Shown here: positions 30,492 through 40,672 of the stretch, in pieces
Layout: each line of letters begins with the position of its first letter
Numbering within the stretch: position 1 is the stretch's first letter
Virus record (IMG/VR): IMGVR_UViG_3300033463_000046
Source of the DNA: a virus
Lineage: Duplodnaviria; Heunggongvirae; Uroviricota; Caudoviricetes
Length of the DNA: 64,000 nt
Strand: one strand, 5' to 3'
Notes under the pieces: model-generated
What the model saw: the letters and a program-made list of their open reading frames with translations, nothing else
What the model was told of the DNA's origin: nothing
The model's database searches: none
Translations under genes and position numbers: made by a program

Positions 30492-31013
30492 ATGGAACAA
30501 ATTTATTATGGTGTAGCTGTATTTGTATACAGCCTATTTATTGTCCGATTTATCCTTAGTTGGGTAGGTGGTGACTTTGATTTGGATATGGATGCCGATG
30601 GAGATATTGATTTAGGAGATGTAGTATCTTTTAAAGGTGCTACTCACTTTTTAATGGGATTTTCCGGTTGGTTGTCTGTGAAAAGTTTTACAACTCACAA
30701 TGTTATGTGGTATGATTATCTTATTGCATTTGCATTGGGAGTTATTTTCGTGATAATACTTTACTTCGTATACAAATTCATGATGTCTCTAGAAAAGAAG
30801 CCGCAAGTGCTTACAGGTAAACAATTGATTGGCAAGACTGCTAAGGTCTATTTAAGAACGGGTTATGATAGTATAGATGATACGTGCAAATATGTCATTA
30901 CCGTTGACAATAATGTCGGGACTATGGAGTATCCTGCTAAATCCAAATCTGTGTACAATGTAGGTGACAGTGTGACTATTTCTGATTTTGCAAACGCTTA
31001 TTACATTATTTAA
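30492..31013 (+). CDS. NfeD-like membrane protein (partner of SPFH/flotillin)
   Basis: 173 aa with N-terminal TM helices plus a C-terminal beta-rich soluble domain. Sits immediately upstream of the flotillin gene. Confidence 0.5.
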   Translation: MEQIYYGVAVFVYSLFIVRFILSWVGGDFDLDMDADGDIDLGDVVSFKGATHFLMGFSGWLSVKSFTTHNVMWYDYLIAFALGVIFVIILYFVYKFMMSLEKKPQVLTGKQLIGKTAKVYLRTGYDSIDDTCKYVITVDNNVGTMEYPAKSKSVYNVGDSVTISDFANAYYII

Positions 31014-31016
31014 AAA

Positions 31017-32990
31017 ATGACATTGACAACAATGATTATCGCGGCAGTTATTGTACTGCTTGTGATTTTAACAATTATCGGACTCTTGTCTCGTTATCGC
31101 AAGTGTCCAAGTGACCAACTCTTAGTTGTGTTTGGTAAAGTGGGTGGAAAATCTGCTGCCAAGATATATCCTGGAGGTGGTGTGTTTGTATGGCCTGTCA
31201 TTCAGGACTACAAAGTTATGTCGATGAAACCATTTCAGATTAACTCGGAAGTAGTTGGTCCTGATAGTGGTATGATTCAGACTCATGTGAAGGTAGCTTT
31301 AACTACTGCAATCTCTCAAGATCCCACTATTCAGCAAAATGCTGCTGCTCGTTTCTTAAGTGCTGACAAACAAGAAATTCAGAAACAGATTCAAACCATT
31401 CTTGAAGGTGAAGTAAGATTAATTATTGCTTCATTGTCAATTGAGGAGATTAACTCCAATCGAGATGCCTTTAAGACTAAGGTTAAAGATAGTCTTGGTA
31501 CTGAACTTGCTAAGGTTGGTTATGATATAACTAATATTAACATTCAGGAAATCACTGATGAACAAGACTACATTAAAAATCTATCTAAGAAGAAGGAAAC
31601 GGAGGCAAGAGCTAATGCTGAGGCTGATATTGCTGACAAGGAAAAAGATGGAGCTATTAGAAAAGCTAAGATTAGACAAGAGCAGGAAATCCAAGTAGCA
31701 ACTGCTGATAAGGAAAGAGAGACTACAGTTTCTCAAACTAAGCAGGAGCAGGCTGTAAGAGTAGCAGAAATTGAGAAAGAACAGGAAACTCAGATTGCCG
31801 AAACTCAGAAGGCAAAGGAAGTACAGCTTTCCGAAATTGAGAAGGAGAAGCAGACTGGTATCGCTAACCAGAAGGCTCTTCAGACTGCTGCTGTAGCAAA
31901 TGCTGATGCAGATGCTGAATCTAAGAAAGCAGAGGCTGATGCTCGTAAGGTTGCAGCTGTTGCTGAACAGAAGGCAAAGGCTGAATCTTCTAAGGCAGAA
32001 TCTGAAGCAACTCAGCGTAAAGCTGTAGCCGCTGCTCAGGCAGATGCTGAAGCTACTGAGAACGAGAAGGAAGCTTTAAAGCAGACTCGTATTGCTGAAG
32101 CTAATCAGAAGAAGGAAGCTGATATTGCTAAGGCAACTCAGGAGAAGGAAGCAAAGAAAGCTGAGTATGAGTCACAGAAGCAGATTCGTAAGGCTAAGGC
32201 TGACCAGGATGCAGGTGTAGCTGAGCAGAATGCAAAGATTCTTGTTGCTGAGGCTCGTGCGAAGGCTGGTCAGGCAGAAGCTGATGCTGACAAGACTGTC
32301 CAGGTTGCTAAGATTGAAGCTGATATGAAGGCTGCTAAGACTAAGCAAGAACGTCAGTTAGAGGTTAACGAGGCTGAAGCCAAGGCAGTTGAAGCTAAGT
32401 TAAATGCTGAGCAGGTTGTTCCAGCCGAGCAGTCTAAGAAGAAGACTATCATCGAAGCAGAAGCTATTAAAGAGAAGGCAATTCTCGAAGCTGAAGCAGA
32501 GAAACAGCGTATTCTTAAGAAGGCTGAAGCCGATTCTGAGGAAATCAAACTGAAGAAGTTAGCAGAAGCTGAGGGTACAAAGCAGATTAAGCTGGCTGAA
32601 GCTGAGGGTCAGAAGGCTCTGTGGTTTGCAGAGGCAGAGGCTCTTCAGAAGAAGGAAATGGCTCCTGCACTTGCTCTGGAGAAGATGGTACAGTCATTCG
32701 GTGGTAACCCAGATCTTCTTGTTCAATACAAGATGGTTGACCAGTATAAGGGTATTGCTGAAGCTTCTGAGAAGATGCTTGAGCATATTCAGCTTGGTAA
32801 TGTCACTGTTTATGGTGACGCTACAACTGGTGCGAAGTTTGCTAAGAGCTTTATTGAGATGTTCACTCCTGGTCTTGACATCGTTCAGAATGGTTTCAAA
32901 GACAAGTTTAAGGAAGTGTTCGGTCTTGATAAGAAGTCTGAAGAACTTCCCGAAGAGAAAACTGACGAAAACTTCGAGGAGGTTAAGTAA
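31017..32990 (+). CDS. flotillin-like SPFH/band-7 protein with long E/A/K coiled-coil
   Basis: 657 aa. N-terminal TM IIAAVIVLLVILTIIGLL, SPFH block LLVVFGKVGG...GPDSGMIQTHVKVALT, then about 300 aa of EA-rich heptad repeats. Confidence 0.75.
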   Translation: MTLTTMIIAAVIVLLVILTIIGLLSRYRKCPSDQLLVVFGKVGGKSAAKIYPGGGVFVWPVIQDYKVMSMKPFQINSEVVGPDSGMIQTHVKVALTTAISQDPTIQQNAAARFLSADKQEIQKQIQTILEGEVRLIIASLSIEEINSNRDAFKTKVKDSLGTELAKVGYDITNINIQEITDEQDYIKNLSKKKETEARANAEADIADKEKDGAIRKAKIRQEQEIQVATADKERETTVSQTKQEQAVRVAEIEKEQETQIAETQKAKEVQLSEIEKEKQTGIANQKALQTAAVANADADAESKKAEADARKVAAVAEQKAKAESSKAESEATQRKAVAAAQADAEATENEKEALKQTRIAEANQKKEADIAKATQEKEAKKAEYESQKQIRKAKADQDAGVAEQNAKILVAEARAKAGQAEADADKTVQVAKIEADMKAAKTKQERQLEVNEAEAKAVEAKLNAEQVVPAEQSKKKTIIEAEAIKEKAILEAEAEKQRILKKAEADSEEIKLKKLAEAEGTKQIKLAEAEGQKALWFAEAEALQKKEMAPALALEKMVQSFGGNPDLLVQYKMVDQYKGIAEASEKMLEHIQLGNVTVYGDATTGAKFAKSFIEMFTPGLDIVQNGFKDKFKEVFGLDKKSEELPEEKTDENFEEVK

Positions 32991-33140
32991 TGAGTTTATA
33001 CAAGTAAAGTATTATCCCTCTCTGAAAAGGGAGGGAACATGGGTCAATTAGTTCAACGGCTAGAATGAAGGTTTGTGGCACCTAAGACGTAGGTTCGACT
33101 CCTACATTGACCCCAATTAATTTTTAAAACGTTTTAAATT

Positions 33141-33338
33141 ATGGGATGGTTAAGCAAGAAAAAGAAATCTGAAGAAGATGAGAAGAAAGAATCTCTCATC
33201 AAGGAAGGAAAAGAACTCGGTCTCAATCTTGAGAAGAGTATGAGTGTTTATGAAATGGAACATCGAATCTCTGAGGAGAAGGAGAAGCAGAAGCCAACTC
33301 CTAAACCTCAGCCATCACCAAGACGAGGTGAGCACTAA
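33141..33338 (+). CDS. hypothetical small K/E-rich protein
   Basis: 65-aa ORF; the 3' end overlaps the next ORF in another frame. Confidence 0.3.
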   Translation: MGWLSKKKKSEEDEKKESLIKEGKELGLNLEKSMSVYEMEHRISEEKEKQKPTPKPQPSPRRGEH

Positions 33339-34293
33339 GATTGAGAAAATCCGATTTGCTATTATGCATAACCCTACGCTTATTCCTGCATTATTGAGGG
33401 ATACGTCGGTGAATAAAGGGTTAATCTACAGGGAATTGCGTAAAGCTCTTCCTTGTAGAATCGGAATAGAATTCGAAATGGGAGCAAGTTTTCTTACAGG
33501 TTTTCAATCCAAGTACAGTCAACCAAAAGCAACTGATAAAGAGATGCAAGAGCATTATGGAGTATTAGAAATAAGATCCGACAGTTCTTCCGTCACTTTA
33601 AATCAAGCCTTAACCAGAAGGGACAGAGTTCGCAGACAGCTTAATGATCCATTTATGGACGAGCCTGCTGACGATGCTGATCCTGATAGGTTGATTGAAA
33701 CTAGAGTATCTATTAAAGATTATTCTCAACTTGTTGGACTTTACAAATTTATGCAAGATTTACCTGAATTTTGTACTCTACACGAAGGAGGAGGAATTCA
33801 TATTCATATTGATATGTCTATGTTTCCGTATGAGAATACCAATAAAGAGAATGAAATTCATAAATGGATTACTCATAGATTGAATGAAGTAGGAAGCTTG
33901 TTCCCTGTTTATAAAGGAAAATATAATCGTAAGTTGGTAGGGATACGAGCAAAATCTACATGGGTGAATATTAGTAGACTACATACGCTTGAATTTCGTA
34001 CCCCGCCACTTACTTTTGACTACTACACACTTATGAGTTGGATAGTTGGAATTGTAAAGTTCCGTAATAAGCTGATTCATGAGTGTAGACTAAGGTCTAA
34101 GCTTTCTGCTAAGAATACAGTGGAAACTATAAATCAACTTATGATAGACCTTAATGAGATGCAGTGTAATCCACCAACCACCAATGTCATGGATGGTTAT
34201 GTTGCTGTAGCCAACAATAACAGAAGTGACGGAACTTATTGGACTTTCACTCAAGCTGACTCTGGCACCGTATGGACAGCTGAATCTCGTTAA
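33244..34293 (+). CDS. hypothetical protein
   Basis: 349-aa ORF in track. Confidence 0.55.
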   Translation: MFMKWNIESLRRRRSRSQLLNLSHHQDEVSTKIEKIRFAIMHNPTLIPALLRDTSVNKGLIYRELRKALPCRIGIEFEMGASFLTGFQSKYSQPKATDKEMQEHYGVLEIRSDSSSVTLNQALTRRDRVRRQLNDPFMDEPADDADPDRLIETRVSIKDYSQLVGLYKFMQDLPEFCTLHEGGGIHIHIDMSMFPYENTNKENEIHKWITHRLNEVGSLFPVYKGKYNRKLVGIRAKSTWVNISRLHTLEFRTPPLTFDYYTLMSWIVGIVKFRNKLIHECRLRSKLSAKNTVETINQLMIDLNEMQCNPPTTNVMDGYVAVANNNRSDGTYWTFTQADSGTVWTAESR

Positions 34294-34560
34294 GAAATGC
34301 TTTAGAAAGGACATTGCCGTCTTTTTAAAGTATTTTAACTTTGACATTAGGCAAGATGTCAGTAGTTTATCGTAGCACAGCTGAGGAATTGCAAACCTTG
34401 GTAATACTGCTATATCGTGCGGGTCTAGGCACACCACACATACCTAAGTGGTTAAATAAATGGGAAAAGCCTGGCTGGAGCTTTGTATGTTGTAGTCAGG
34501 TGCAATGGAGGAGTGGGAGAGTGGTTTATTCCAGCTGTCTTGAAAATTTATAATCTAATT

Positions 34561-35007
34561 ATGAATCCTTGGTCATCTAATTACAAATCGCATCAAGGGA
34601 ATGTAGGATTAGGTAGAGCTATAGCATACTATACAGCTCAATGTGTACCTGTCTTACTCCCACTAAATGATACTTAGAAGTATGATTTAGCAGTCGATAA
34701 AGATGGTAAGTTACAAAGAGTATCTGTAAAGACAACTCAAGGAAAGAATAAAACAGGAACTTATTATACTGTTCAATTAAAGAATAGTGGAGGAGCCTCT
34801 GGAAAGTCTGTTATAAGACATTTCGATAATAGTTCTTGTGATATTTTATTCATTGTAACTGTAGAAGGAACTATGTATGAAATACCTTCCTCTTTAATAA
34901 ATGTTAGTGCTCAACTAACTTTAACTGAAGATTGGGATGATTATATAGTCACATTAGATTGGGGTACGAGTGCTCCTGAGGAAACTCAGGAAGTAGAAGC
35001 AGGCTAA
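34561..35007 (+). CDS. PD-(D/E)XK-type nuclease-like protein with one in-frame TAG (recoded)
   Basis: MNPWSSNYKSHQGNVGLGRAIAYYTAQCVPVLLPLNDT-TAG-KYDLAVDKDGKLQRVSVKTTQGK... The frame reads through TAG at 34675-34677 to TAA at 35005. The G-x-G...YDL...VxVK pattern is typical of Hjc/Mrr-like nucleases. Confidence 0.5.
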
Positions 35008-35377
35008 TTCGGTGAAGGTTATAGCCCTATAAATATAAATAACGCCGAGCTAAATTAAGAGAACTATCGAGATTGGTAGGGATAGTACTGAAGTAGGGTA
35101 CCGATAAGCATGGGTCACAAAACCCTGAATATGTCGCAATCTATCCTATAGTTCTCTTATAAATGTGTACAGACTATACACCTGCAACCTAAACACTTTA
35201 TGTGCATGGTTAAGACATAGTCGGTCTGTTCGTAAGAACAGAGGAAAACAGCCGACCGCTAACACCGGTCCGTCGGTTCGAATCCGGCCTCCTCCGCTAT
35301 CCGAGGTTGAGGTACATACTCGATTTGTACTGTAATTGGAGGTGGTTCCTTAATAGTTTAAGGGTGTAGGATTGATT

Positions 35378-35495
35378 GGTGATATAAGACGGTATGTTGG
35401 TTAACCGAACCCTGTAGGAGGGCATAGTAGGATGTAAGCACCGTTACTTACTTAATAATACTACTATTACGAAGGTTCAATTCCTTCTATCACCA
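35378..35495 (+). tRNA. atypical 118-nt tRNA-like locus (perfect acceptor halves ggtgata/tatcacc, canonical T-arm)
   Basis: T-arm gaagg-ttcaatt-ccttc. The intervening about 85 nt contains hairpin gtaag-caccgtta-cttac but no standard D or anticodon arms. Confidence 0.3.
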
Positions 35496-35500
35496 CCTTC

Positions 35501-35588
35501 GGAGAGTTGGGTGAGTGGTTTAAACCACCGACCTGCTAAGTCGGTGTCCGCTAACAACGGGCCACTAGTTCGAATCTAGTACTCTCCG
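35501..35588 (+). tRNA. tRNA-Ser (GCT), type II
   Basis: Acceptor ggagagt/actctcc, D ggtg-agtggtttaaa-ccac, anticodon arm ccgac-ctGCTaa-gtcgg, variable hairpin ccg-ctaacaa-cgg, T-arm actag-ttcgaat-ctagt. Confidence 0.8.
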
Positions 35589-35605
35589 CAATAAATTTTT
35601 AATCT

Positions 35606-35776
35606 ATGGTACTAACAACTTATTTAGTAGGAGTTATTGTTGCCCTTTACCTTATAGGAAAACTCTTATATGAAAGAGATGAAAGTGAAGGTGGTGTAGT
35701 ATGTTATACATTTGCCATTTTCTCATGGGTGACAGTATTAATATTAGTGATTGCCAAAAAGTTTGATAGATTATGA
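35606..35776 (+). CDS. small membrane protein (56 aa)
   Basis: MVLTTYLVGVIVALYLIGKLLYERDESEGGVVCYTFAIFSWVTVLILVIAKKFDRL. Confidence 0.3.
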   Translation: MVLTTYLVGVIVALYLIGKLLYERDESEGGVVCYTFAIFSWVTVLILVIAKKFDRL

Positions 35777-35865
35777 GCTGGCAGGAAATAATCTTCTATT
35801 GTGCTATAATAGCTGGACAAATAGCTATTATTTGGATATTATTTAACGAAAGAAATTTTTAAAAT

Positions 35866-36102
35866 ATGGAGGTAAATAATCGAATTGTAGAAATTCTTAA
35901 AGACAAATTGATGGTTGATGAAATCAGCTCTGATGATAATTTAATAATTGATCTGAAAGCAGATAGTCTTGACATAATCGAGTTAGTCATGGAATTAGAA
36001 CATGAATTTGATATTGTTATCTTAGACGAAGAAGTAGATCCTAACTTTGATAGTGTAGGTCATTTAATAGATTTCATACAAACCAAAGTAAATAACAAAT
36101 AA
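35866..36102 (+). CDS. acpP: acyl carrier protein
   Basis: 78 aa, acidic, with motif DLKADSLDIIELVMELEHEFDIVILDEE containing the phosphopantetheine-attachment DSL. Confidence 0.75.
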   Translation: MEVNNRIVEILKDKLMVDEISSDDNLIIDLKADSLDIIELVMELEHEFDIVILDEEVDPNFDSVGHLIDFIQTKVNNK

Positions 36103-36209
36103 TGGAAAATATAATTAATATTAACGAACCTTGTATTCAAGATCTTATAATCCAGAAAGGAGAATAGGATTTATGTCTTACGACAAAAGATGGTCAAATT
36201 GAGTATAAA

Positions 36210-38168
36210 TTGTTTTTAGGTGACAAAGATTCGGTGATGTTAACTCTCAACTTTGGAGATGTCTCCAGTATAGGTTGGGGTGGTACAGATAACTGGGGTA
36301 AAGATAAGCTTCCTCTATACTTAGAAAGTAATAAAGGTGCTGAGAATTATGACAGTGTATTTGTTGATAATATCACTATTCAGGAGTATGCCGGAGAAGG
36401 AAATTGGTGTAAATGCGAACTTATAAATAAAGGTAAAACGGTTCATTACGTGGCTGTAAACGAAAATCGATTGGATAAGGAACGCGTAGCATATTTCTGG
36501 CATACTACTACTGACTCTGTAGTTAATAATGGATTTAATAAAGGAAAACCAGTTGCAAAGAAATGGTGTGTGACTGTTATTCAAAATCCAGGAAAAGCAC
36601 AAGAATAGCCAAAAGAAGAAGAAAAGAAAGTTGATCTCGGAAAATATCTTTATTCAGTAGGATTATTATCGGATTTACATATTTGTAAAGCTAATAATAA
36701 TGATTCGTTAAACTGGTGGGATGAAGATGACTTTAAGAGAGCAATGAATTTATATGTAAATGATAAAAATATTAAGTTTATTGCATCTTGTGGTGATATT
36801 TCCGAAGCACAAACTAATGATAATATTAAACACCCAGAATCAACAGCAGAAACTGATTATGCTGAGTTTACAGAAATGTATGATGTACCTTATTGGCAAG
36901 TAGCAGGATTAAGATTCTTTAGTCCATTAGGTAATCATGATTTCTATGGAATGTTTGAAGGTAGACAAGGAGACACAATAACTAAAAAGAAAAACTCAGA
37001 AACTATAAACGGTTACAATGCTGGAGTAAAAGAACGTATAGGTAATTGGATTACAGGACAACAAATAAATGGAATTGTTCCAGGTAGAGGAAGAATTCAA
37101 TTTGAACTTGAGAATGGTAAGAGTACTGCAAATGGTCAAGCAGATATGAGATTCTTCTCATATAACGATTATGTAGACTTGTACGCAAAAGAAAATGGTT
37201 ATACAGGTTCAATATGGGATTCTTCTAAAGGTGGAATATCTGACAAAGCAATCGAAACTGCAAAGAAATATGTCAATAGTAATTGGAATAAAGTAAAAGA
37301 CAATTTAACTATGTGGAATGATGGCGGAGGTCACGGTCGTAATGGTTATTCTAAATTAAACTATTGGATGAAAAAAGACAATGATATTTACATATTCTTA
37401 TCAGTAGATTATGGCGATGATATATGGGGCATTAAAAGTGGTTGGCATGATAGAATGATTCATGCAAGAACTATTATTAATCTTAATGAAGATGATCCAT
37501 ATGTCAAGAGAATGAAAGAGTATGTTGGAGATACTGGTTATTCAAAAGCTGATGAAGCTTATAACTATCAGTATTATAGTCCTAACACTCTTATATGGTT
37601 GAAGGAACTTCTTGAGAATAATAAGGATAAGAAGATTTACATCTTCACTCATCACTTTATGCCTAATCGTGTTGGTAATGGTGTTGGACTTGCTAAAGAT
37701 GGAAATTGGTATTACTCTGTAATCAATCCTGATGGAGTAAAAGAGAATGGTTATAATAAGGGATCTAATGCATTAACTGGTATTGAGTTCTGGTTTATTG
37801 ATAAGCTTATGAATCAATATAATAATGTGATATGGTTCAGTGGTCATTCTCATATAAGTTTTGCATCTGGTGCTAACTTTGATAATCATGATTACTCTAT
37901 AGTAAATCCATCTGAGAAAAGTGAATATGTATATACTAAGAGTAATACAATTCCAACTAAAGAATCAGCATGGTGTGTAGCACTTCCATCACTTTCTAAA
38001 CCAAGAGGTATTGATAATGGTCAATCAGTAAGACATTATGAAGATGCTGAAATGGGTATTATGGAAGTATATGAGAAAGGTGTTAAGATAAAAGGATATA
38101 AAATCCGAGAAAATAACAAAGATGTCAACGAGTTACTTGTTGAAAAAGAAATTCAATTAATCAATTAA
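36210..38168 (+). CDS. calcineurin-like metallophosphoesterase with N-terminal extension; one in-frame TAG (recoded)
   Basis: Track ORFs 36210-36608 and 36744-38168 are in the same frame (534 nt apart), joined through TAG 36606-36608. The connecting segment encodes GLLSDLHI (motif I). Downstream: GNHDF and GHSH motifs. Confidence 0.6.
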
Positions 38169-38273
38169 CAATTATGAAACGTTTGTGAACACGTAACAAG
38201 GGTCCGGACAATCAAGTTAATATTTTGACTATTCGTAGATAATTTATTAACTAATTTTTAAAATGATTGTATT

Positions 38274-38546
38274 ATGAGACCAAATGTATTTAAATTTCAA
38301 AGTGATATTAAGATCTTAGTTGCTAAACAGAAAGGGACTGGAGATTGCGGAGTATGGATGCATCCAATGTACTGTGCTTATTATTTAATAAAGCATAATG
38401 TTCAAGAAATTGATAAGTTCATTGAAGATGATATTAAGAAATCCTATAAAGCATTACCAGATGAATATTCTAAGAAAGCTTTTCGCAAGAAAGTCGAAGA
38501 CTACTATATTCAATACGGAGAAGAGACTGTACGTGCTGATAGATAA
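38274..38546 (+). CDS. hypothetical protein
   Basis: 90-aa ORF. Confidence 0.45.
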   Translation: MRPNVFKFQSDIKILVAKQKGTGDCGVWMHPMYCAYYLIKHNVQEIDKFIEDDIKKSYKALPDEYSKKAFRKKVEDYYIQYGEETVRADR

Positions 38547-38802
38547 AGAACTTGATTCAATCTATGGATGTGTTCAAGGAGGACACGTAGTAGCTGAATG
38601 GCTTTTAAAGCATCCTCAGCAAGATTGGAACAATAGTTACCTTATCTATGTGTCAGCAGATGTAATAATGTGGAAAGAGAAATTAGATATTCTCGAAATA
38701 GATTATACAGAGTTTCGTGAACCTGACCTTAATAATAAGGTAACAGCATTAGCAATTCTGAATAATGACAGACTCTTTAAGAAACTAAGATTGATAAAAT
38801 AA
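38398..38802 (+). CDS. hypothetical protein (start uncertain, overlaps previous ORF)
   Basis: 134-aa ORF in another frame; the plausible start is near 38540. Confidence 0.4.
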   Translation: MFKKLISSLKMILRNPIKHYQMNILRKLFARKSKTTIFNTEKRLYVLIDKELDSIYGCVQGGHVVAEWLLKHPQQDWNNSYLIYVSADVIMWKEKLDILEIDYTEFREPDLNNKVTALAILNNDRLFKKLRLIK

Positions 38803-38943
38803 TATCTTCCGAGGTAGTGGCGAGGAGCAGCTAGTTGACAACAAGACGTAGCTGTGCGAACAAAGCGTAGGGGCTGAATACAACCGAGAAGTTGTACGAG
38901 AGCTGTGTAGGAAGATACCCTCTATCTGCAGGTAGAGGGACTT

Positions 38944-39015
38944 GATCGTATAGCTCAATGATAGAGCAGCGGTCCTCAAAACCGAAGGTTTAGGGTTTGA
39001 ATCCCTATACGATCA
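38944..39015 (+). tRNA. tRNA with anticodon loop ccTCAaa (anticodon UCA, reads UGA/UGG); candidate opal suppressor or Trp-UCA
   Basis: Acceptor gatcgta/tacgatc, D gctc-aatgata-gagc, anticodon stem cggt/accg (4 bp), T-arm taggg-tttgaat-cccta. Position 33 is C. Confidence 0.6.
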
Positions 39016-39094
39016 CTCCCCACTGTGAAGTGGCATCTCCTTTCATTAAAAACAAATGTCACTAAATTTCTCGGGACTCAGAGGAGTCCCACTT

Positions 39095-39168
39095 GGGTAC
39101 ATAGCTCAGTAGGTTAGAGCACTGCCCTGATAAGGCAGAGGTCACAGGTTCAAGTCCTGTTGTACCCA
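39095..39168 (+). tRNA. tRNA-Ile (GAT)
   Basis: Acceptor gggtaca/tgtaccc, D gctc-agtaggtta-gagc, anticodon arm ctgcc-ctGATaa-ggcag, T-arm acagg-ttcaagt-cctgt. Confidence 0.85.
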
Positions 39169-39169
39169 C

Positions 39170-39319
39170 ATGACGAAACAAGAAGCAGTTAAAGAAATAC
39201 GTTCTAAGACAGGAGTACCACTAACGTGGTGCAAAGAAGCTTACGATAAATGTAAAGGTGATATACAATTGTCTGTAGAATGGATACATAAGCACTATGG
39301 TAATCATTGGGCTATGTAA
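39170..39319 (+). CDS. hypothetical small protein (49 aa)
   Basis: MTKQEAVKEIRSKTGVPLTWCKEAYDKCKGDIQLSVEWIHKHYGNHWAM. Confidence 0.3.
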   Translation: MTKQEAVKEIRSKTGVPLTWCKEAYDKCKGDIQLSVEWIHKHYGNHWAM

Positions 39320-39458
39320 GACTTCCAAGAGAGTACAAGGCTAAAACCGGGATTGGACACTTACCCTACGTGTAGGGGGAGGACAGTATAGCCAATAAAG
39401 TAAGGATGAAACCGCCTGAAGCCGTGGAAGACGTATGATTCATATATTACTCTCATTA

Positions 39459-39532
39459 GGGCCCTTAGCTCAGTTGGTCAGAGCAGCAGACTCATAATCT
39501 GAAGGTCGGGGGATCATAACCCTCAGGGCCCA
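39459..39532 (+). tRNA. tRNA-like with CAT anticodon and non-canonical T-loop (atcataa)
   Basis: Acceptor gggccct/agggccc perfect, D gctc-agttggtca-gagc, anticodon arm gcaga-ctCATaa-tctga, T-stem ggggg/ccctc but loop ATCATAA. Confidence 0.5.
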
Positions 39533-39550
39533 CCCTAAACTTATAAATAT

Positions 39551-40672
39551 ATGAGTGAAAAGAAATGGTCAGTAAAGTATCGAGATCATAGCTTCCGCGG
39601 TAAACGCGGAAAGAAGGGAGGTTCACAATTCCCACGTCATGCTATGAAACTATTTGAGGGAACTCATTTAGGAATGAAGAAAAAGTATTATTCAAAGAGT
39701 CACATGGGTGCTGGTTGGCATTACGGTGGTGCTGGTCTTAACTCTAAGTATATTATAGGACTCTTGAATAAATTTGTAGGTAAACCCTACGAAGATTTCA
39801 AACAGATATTCGATAACAAACTTAGACAAATTAAAAAGAAGTATGACATTCATTGGTGTAAGTTAGAAGATTATTTACACGATGAACCAAAGACCTGTTA
39901 TTGGAAACAAGAGTTTTATCTTGATGATAATGGTTTGATTCAGCGTTGTAAATTAATTTCTCGTCACAGTATGTGGCTTAAACTCACCAAGAAACAACAA
40001 AAGTTTAATGAGAGAGTTAAAATACCTAATCTAGGAGTATGTAGAGATGATGTTCATTATCCAGTAAAGAAAAGTTACTGGGGCAATTATGAAGATGAAT
40101 CATCTACATTTGGAATGCATAAGCATAAAAAGAAAGGTCCGATTCTTCTCGGAGAATTTTGGGTAATAGTTAATAAAAAAGTATTAAAATTACCAGTATA
40201 TACATATAATGATGGTTATATGGTTGAGTATTATAATTATCAAGATACTCATTATGATTATCGTTTGAGAAAGTATATAACAACTCCATTTGAAGATTAT
40301 GTTCCTTATTATGCCAAGTATGATGAATCTATTCGTAAGAAGCGTGCTCAAGTAGTTAATGATTGGATACCTATTAAAACTAACATTAGTAATAAAATGA
40401 AGGGACAAGACTGTTGGGTTATTGCTGATAATCCAGAAGTTATTGATGCTAAAAGGAATATCCATAATTTAGAAGTACAACTTAGGAAACAGCAAGGTTC
40501 TGAGAATATCGAAGCATTGATTAAAAAATTAGAAGAAGAGCGAAAGAAAATAGAATCTCTTCCGGCAAAGAAACATATCAATTTAGGTTATGGTAAATTT
40601 TATCTCTTTGTAAAGAAAGCTGATTATGAAAGAAAAATTGAAAGATTGGTGGCGAAAAATCAACCATGCTAA
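39551..40672 (+). CDS. hypothetical protein
   Basis: 373-aa ORF. Confidence 0.6.
   Translation: MSEKKWSVKYRDHSFRGKRGKKGGSQFPRHAMKLFEGTHLGMKKKYYSKSHMGAGWHYGGAGLNSKYIIGLLNKFVGKPYEDFKQIFDNKLRQIKKKYDIHWCKLEDYLHDEPKTCYWKQEFYLDDNGLIQRCKLISRHSMWLKLTKKQQKFNERVKIPNLGVCRDDVHYPVKKSYWGNYEDESSTFGMHKHKKKGPILLGEFWVIVNKKVLKLPVYTYNDGYMVEYYNYQDTHYDYRLRKYITTPFEDYVPYYAKYDESIRKKRAQVVNDWIPIKTNISNKMKGQDCWVIADNPEVIDAKRNIHNLEVQLRKQQGSENIEALIKKLEEERKKIESLPAKKHINLGYGKFYLFVKKADYERKIERLVAKNQPC

Noticed and set aside
32626-33051. ORF 32626-33051 and minus ORF 32354-32548
   Set aside because: These are alternative frames through the repetitive EA-coding part of the flotillin gene. Arg/Leu-rich junk translations.
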